NCBI GenBank assembly: GCA_965248575.1
Contig: CBDFJQ010000002.1
Coordinates: 5,088,001 to 5,152,000, forward strand
Direction: 5' to 3'
Source of the DNA: Planctomycetota bacterium
GTDB lineage: Bacteria; Planctomycetota; B15-G4
Length of the DNA: 64,000 nucleotides
Shown: positions 62,474-64,000 of the stretch, one piece after another
Layout: every line of letters begins with the position of its first letter
How positions within the stretch are numbered: position 1 is the stretch's first letter
Made by a program: the position numbers and the translations under genes
The notes under the pieces: generated by a model
The model's input: the letters and a program-made list of their open reading frames with translations, nothing else
The model's database searches: none
Told to the model about the DNA's origin: nothing

Positions 62474-64000
62474 ATGCTCCGCGTCTTGCTGCTGACCAGT
62501 GCCCTGCTCTCCTGCGCTCCCCTCCTCGAGAACCAGCTAGACATGTCCACAGATGACGACGCCATTCCGAGTGCCCTCATGACCGTGGCGGAGAGCAGTG
62601 GGTACACGCGAACGGCGCGGCACGAGGAGGTGTTGGCGCAGCTGGACGCCCTCGCGGCCGCGTCCCCGCTCGTCCGACGCGGGCGGCTGGGGGTCACCTT
62701 CGAGGGGCGGGAGATCCCGTGGATCACCGTGGCGGACCCGCCCGTCGAGACAGCGCAGGAAGCGCTCGCCAGCGGCAAGCTGGTGGTCTTCGCATTCGCC
62801 AACATCCATGCGGGCGAGGTGTGTGGGAAGGAAGCGCTGGTGCGGCTGGCGCGAGAGATCGTGCTGGCGCCTGGGAGTCCGCAACACGCCGAGCTGCTGC
62901 GCCGGCTCGTGTTGGTCTTTGCACCCATCTACAACGGGGACGGCAACGAACGCTTCTCGACAACGAATCGACCCAACCAGGACGGCCCTGCCGAGGGCCA
63001 GGGGCAGCGGCCCAACGCCCAGGGTCTCGACCTCAATCGGGACAGCATGAAGCTGGAAAGCCCCGAGGCGCGGGCCATGGCTGCTTTCCTCACGGAGTGG
63101 AGCCCGCATCTGGTGTTCGATCTCCACACCACCAATGGCAGCTTGCACCGCTACCTCTTGACCTATGCGCCGCCGCTGAATCCGGAGGGCCATCCCGAGC
63201 CCATCGCCTTCGTGCGCGAACGCATGCTGCCCGAGGTCAGCCGCCGGCTGCTGGAGCGGACCGGCTACGACACCTTCTTCTACGGCAACTACACCGAGCT
63301 GGACGGGGATCCCCATGGCGCCTGGTCGACGTACAGCGCTCAGCCCCGCTTCGGCGCCCAGTACCACGGCCTGCGGGGGCACATGTCCATCCTCTCGGAA
63401 GCCTACAGCCACGCGCCCTACCGGGAGCGGGTTTTGGCCACGCTCGAGTTCATGCGCGAGTGCTTGGTGTTTGCCGCCGAGCATTCTGCGGACATGAAGA
63501 CCGTGGTGGAGCAGGCTTGGCAGGAGGTTGCACGGGGGCTGGATCTGGGTCGCGTGGGCTTCCGCCATCGCCTCGCGTCGTCTTCAGAGCCAGCGGTCAT
63601 CCGCGGTTGGGTTGAGTCCCGGGATGAGCAGGGCCGCTGGGTGCATACCGACGAGCCTCGGGACTACCACGTACGGCACGATGACCACTTCGAGGCGAGC
63701 GTCTGGGTCGAGCGCCCGGCTGGCTACTACATCCCGGCGAAGCTCACGGGCGTGTTGGATGTTCTGCGGGCGCACGGGGTTCGCATGGCGCACGTGGAGG
63801 GTGCGACCGAAGCGGGGATGGAGGTGGAAGTCTCGCGGGTGGATGCCGTGAACAGGGCCGAGACCCCCTTCGAAGGTCATCATCTGCTCAGCCTCGAAGT
63901 GACGACGCGCAGGGAGCAGAGACGCTTCGACAGCAGCTGGGTCCATGTGCCCGTCGACCAGCCCCTCGGCACCCTGGCGGTCTACTTGCTGGAGGCGCTG
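62474..64000 (+). CDS. M14 zinc carboxypeptidase, truncated by the window end
   Basis: Not in the ORF track. My translation from ATG 62474 gives MLRVLLLTSALLSC...ANIHAGEVCGKEA...PIYNGDGNE...DLNRD...DLHTTNGS...ILSEAYSH. Confidence 0.9.
   Translation, partial: MLRVLLLTSALLSCAPLLENQLDMSTDDDAIPSALMTVAESSGYTRTARHEEVLAQLDALAAASPLVRRGRLGVTFEGREIPWITVADPPVETAQEALASGKLVVFAFANIHAGEVCGKEALVRLAREIVLAPGSPQHAELLRRLVLVFAPIYNGDGNERFSTTNRPNQDGPAEGQGQRPNAQGLDLNRDSMKLESPEARAMAAFLTEWSPHLVFDLHTTNGSLHRYLLTYAPPLNPEGHPEPIAFVRERMLPEVSRRLLERTGYDTFFYGNYTELDGDPHGAWSTYSAQPRFGAQYHGLRGHMSILSEAYSHAPYRERVLATLEFMRECLVFAAEHSADMKTVVEQAWQEVARGLDLGRVGFRHRLASSSEPAVIRGWVESRDEQGRWVHTDEPRDYHVRHDDHFEASVWVERPAGYYIPAKLTGVLDVLRAHGVRMAHVEGATEAGMEVEVSRVDAVNRAETPFEGHHLLSLEVTTRREQRRFDSSWVHVPVDQPLGTLAVYLLEAL

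Noticed and set aside
1..64000. CRISPR arrays, tRNA/rRNA, IS elements, prophage, defence systems, selenocysteine read-through
   Set aside because: I saw no repeat-spacer arrays, RNA gene signatures, transposase, integrase or nuclease motifs, or in-frame TGA at catalytic Cys positions; by-eye inspection could miss short RNAs.

Overview
A gene-dense, high-GC bacterial chromosomal segment with about 49 CDS. I see no rRNA, tRNA, CRISPR array, transposase, integrase or prophage. The gene content suggests Planctomycetota (inference): an ECF43-type sigma factor coupled to Hanks kinases with DFG/DWG motifs, a DUF1800/DUF1501 pair, FG-GAP proteins and sulfatase-like proteins. Main themes are envelope glycan genes (GT2, GT4, GT-C, sulfotransferase, heptosyltransferase), many peptidases, an aminomethyltransferase plus two FAD oxidoreductases, and housekeeping genes (aat, pepN, fba, aas). 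The best candidates for undescribed systems are: (1) an operon placing a NUDIX hydrolase, a Gfo/Idh/MocA reductase and a Twitch-type radical SAM enzyme directly upstream of waaF and an ADP-heptose adenylyltransferase (27243-31838); (2) a convergent ECF/kinase/kinase versus FG-GAP/ECF signalling island whose first kinase has an ectodomain resembling phage cement or chaperone domains (32265-41256); (3) a GcvT-like gene coupled to two PYROXD2/phytoene-desaturase-like genes. Two conserved genes appear to need non-canonical start codons (ATT for aas, CTG for waaF). All family calls come from motif recognition by eye; no database searches were run.
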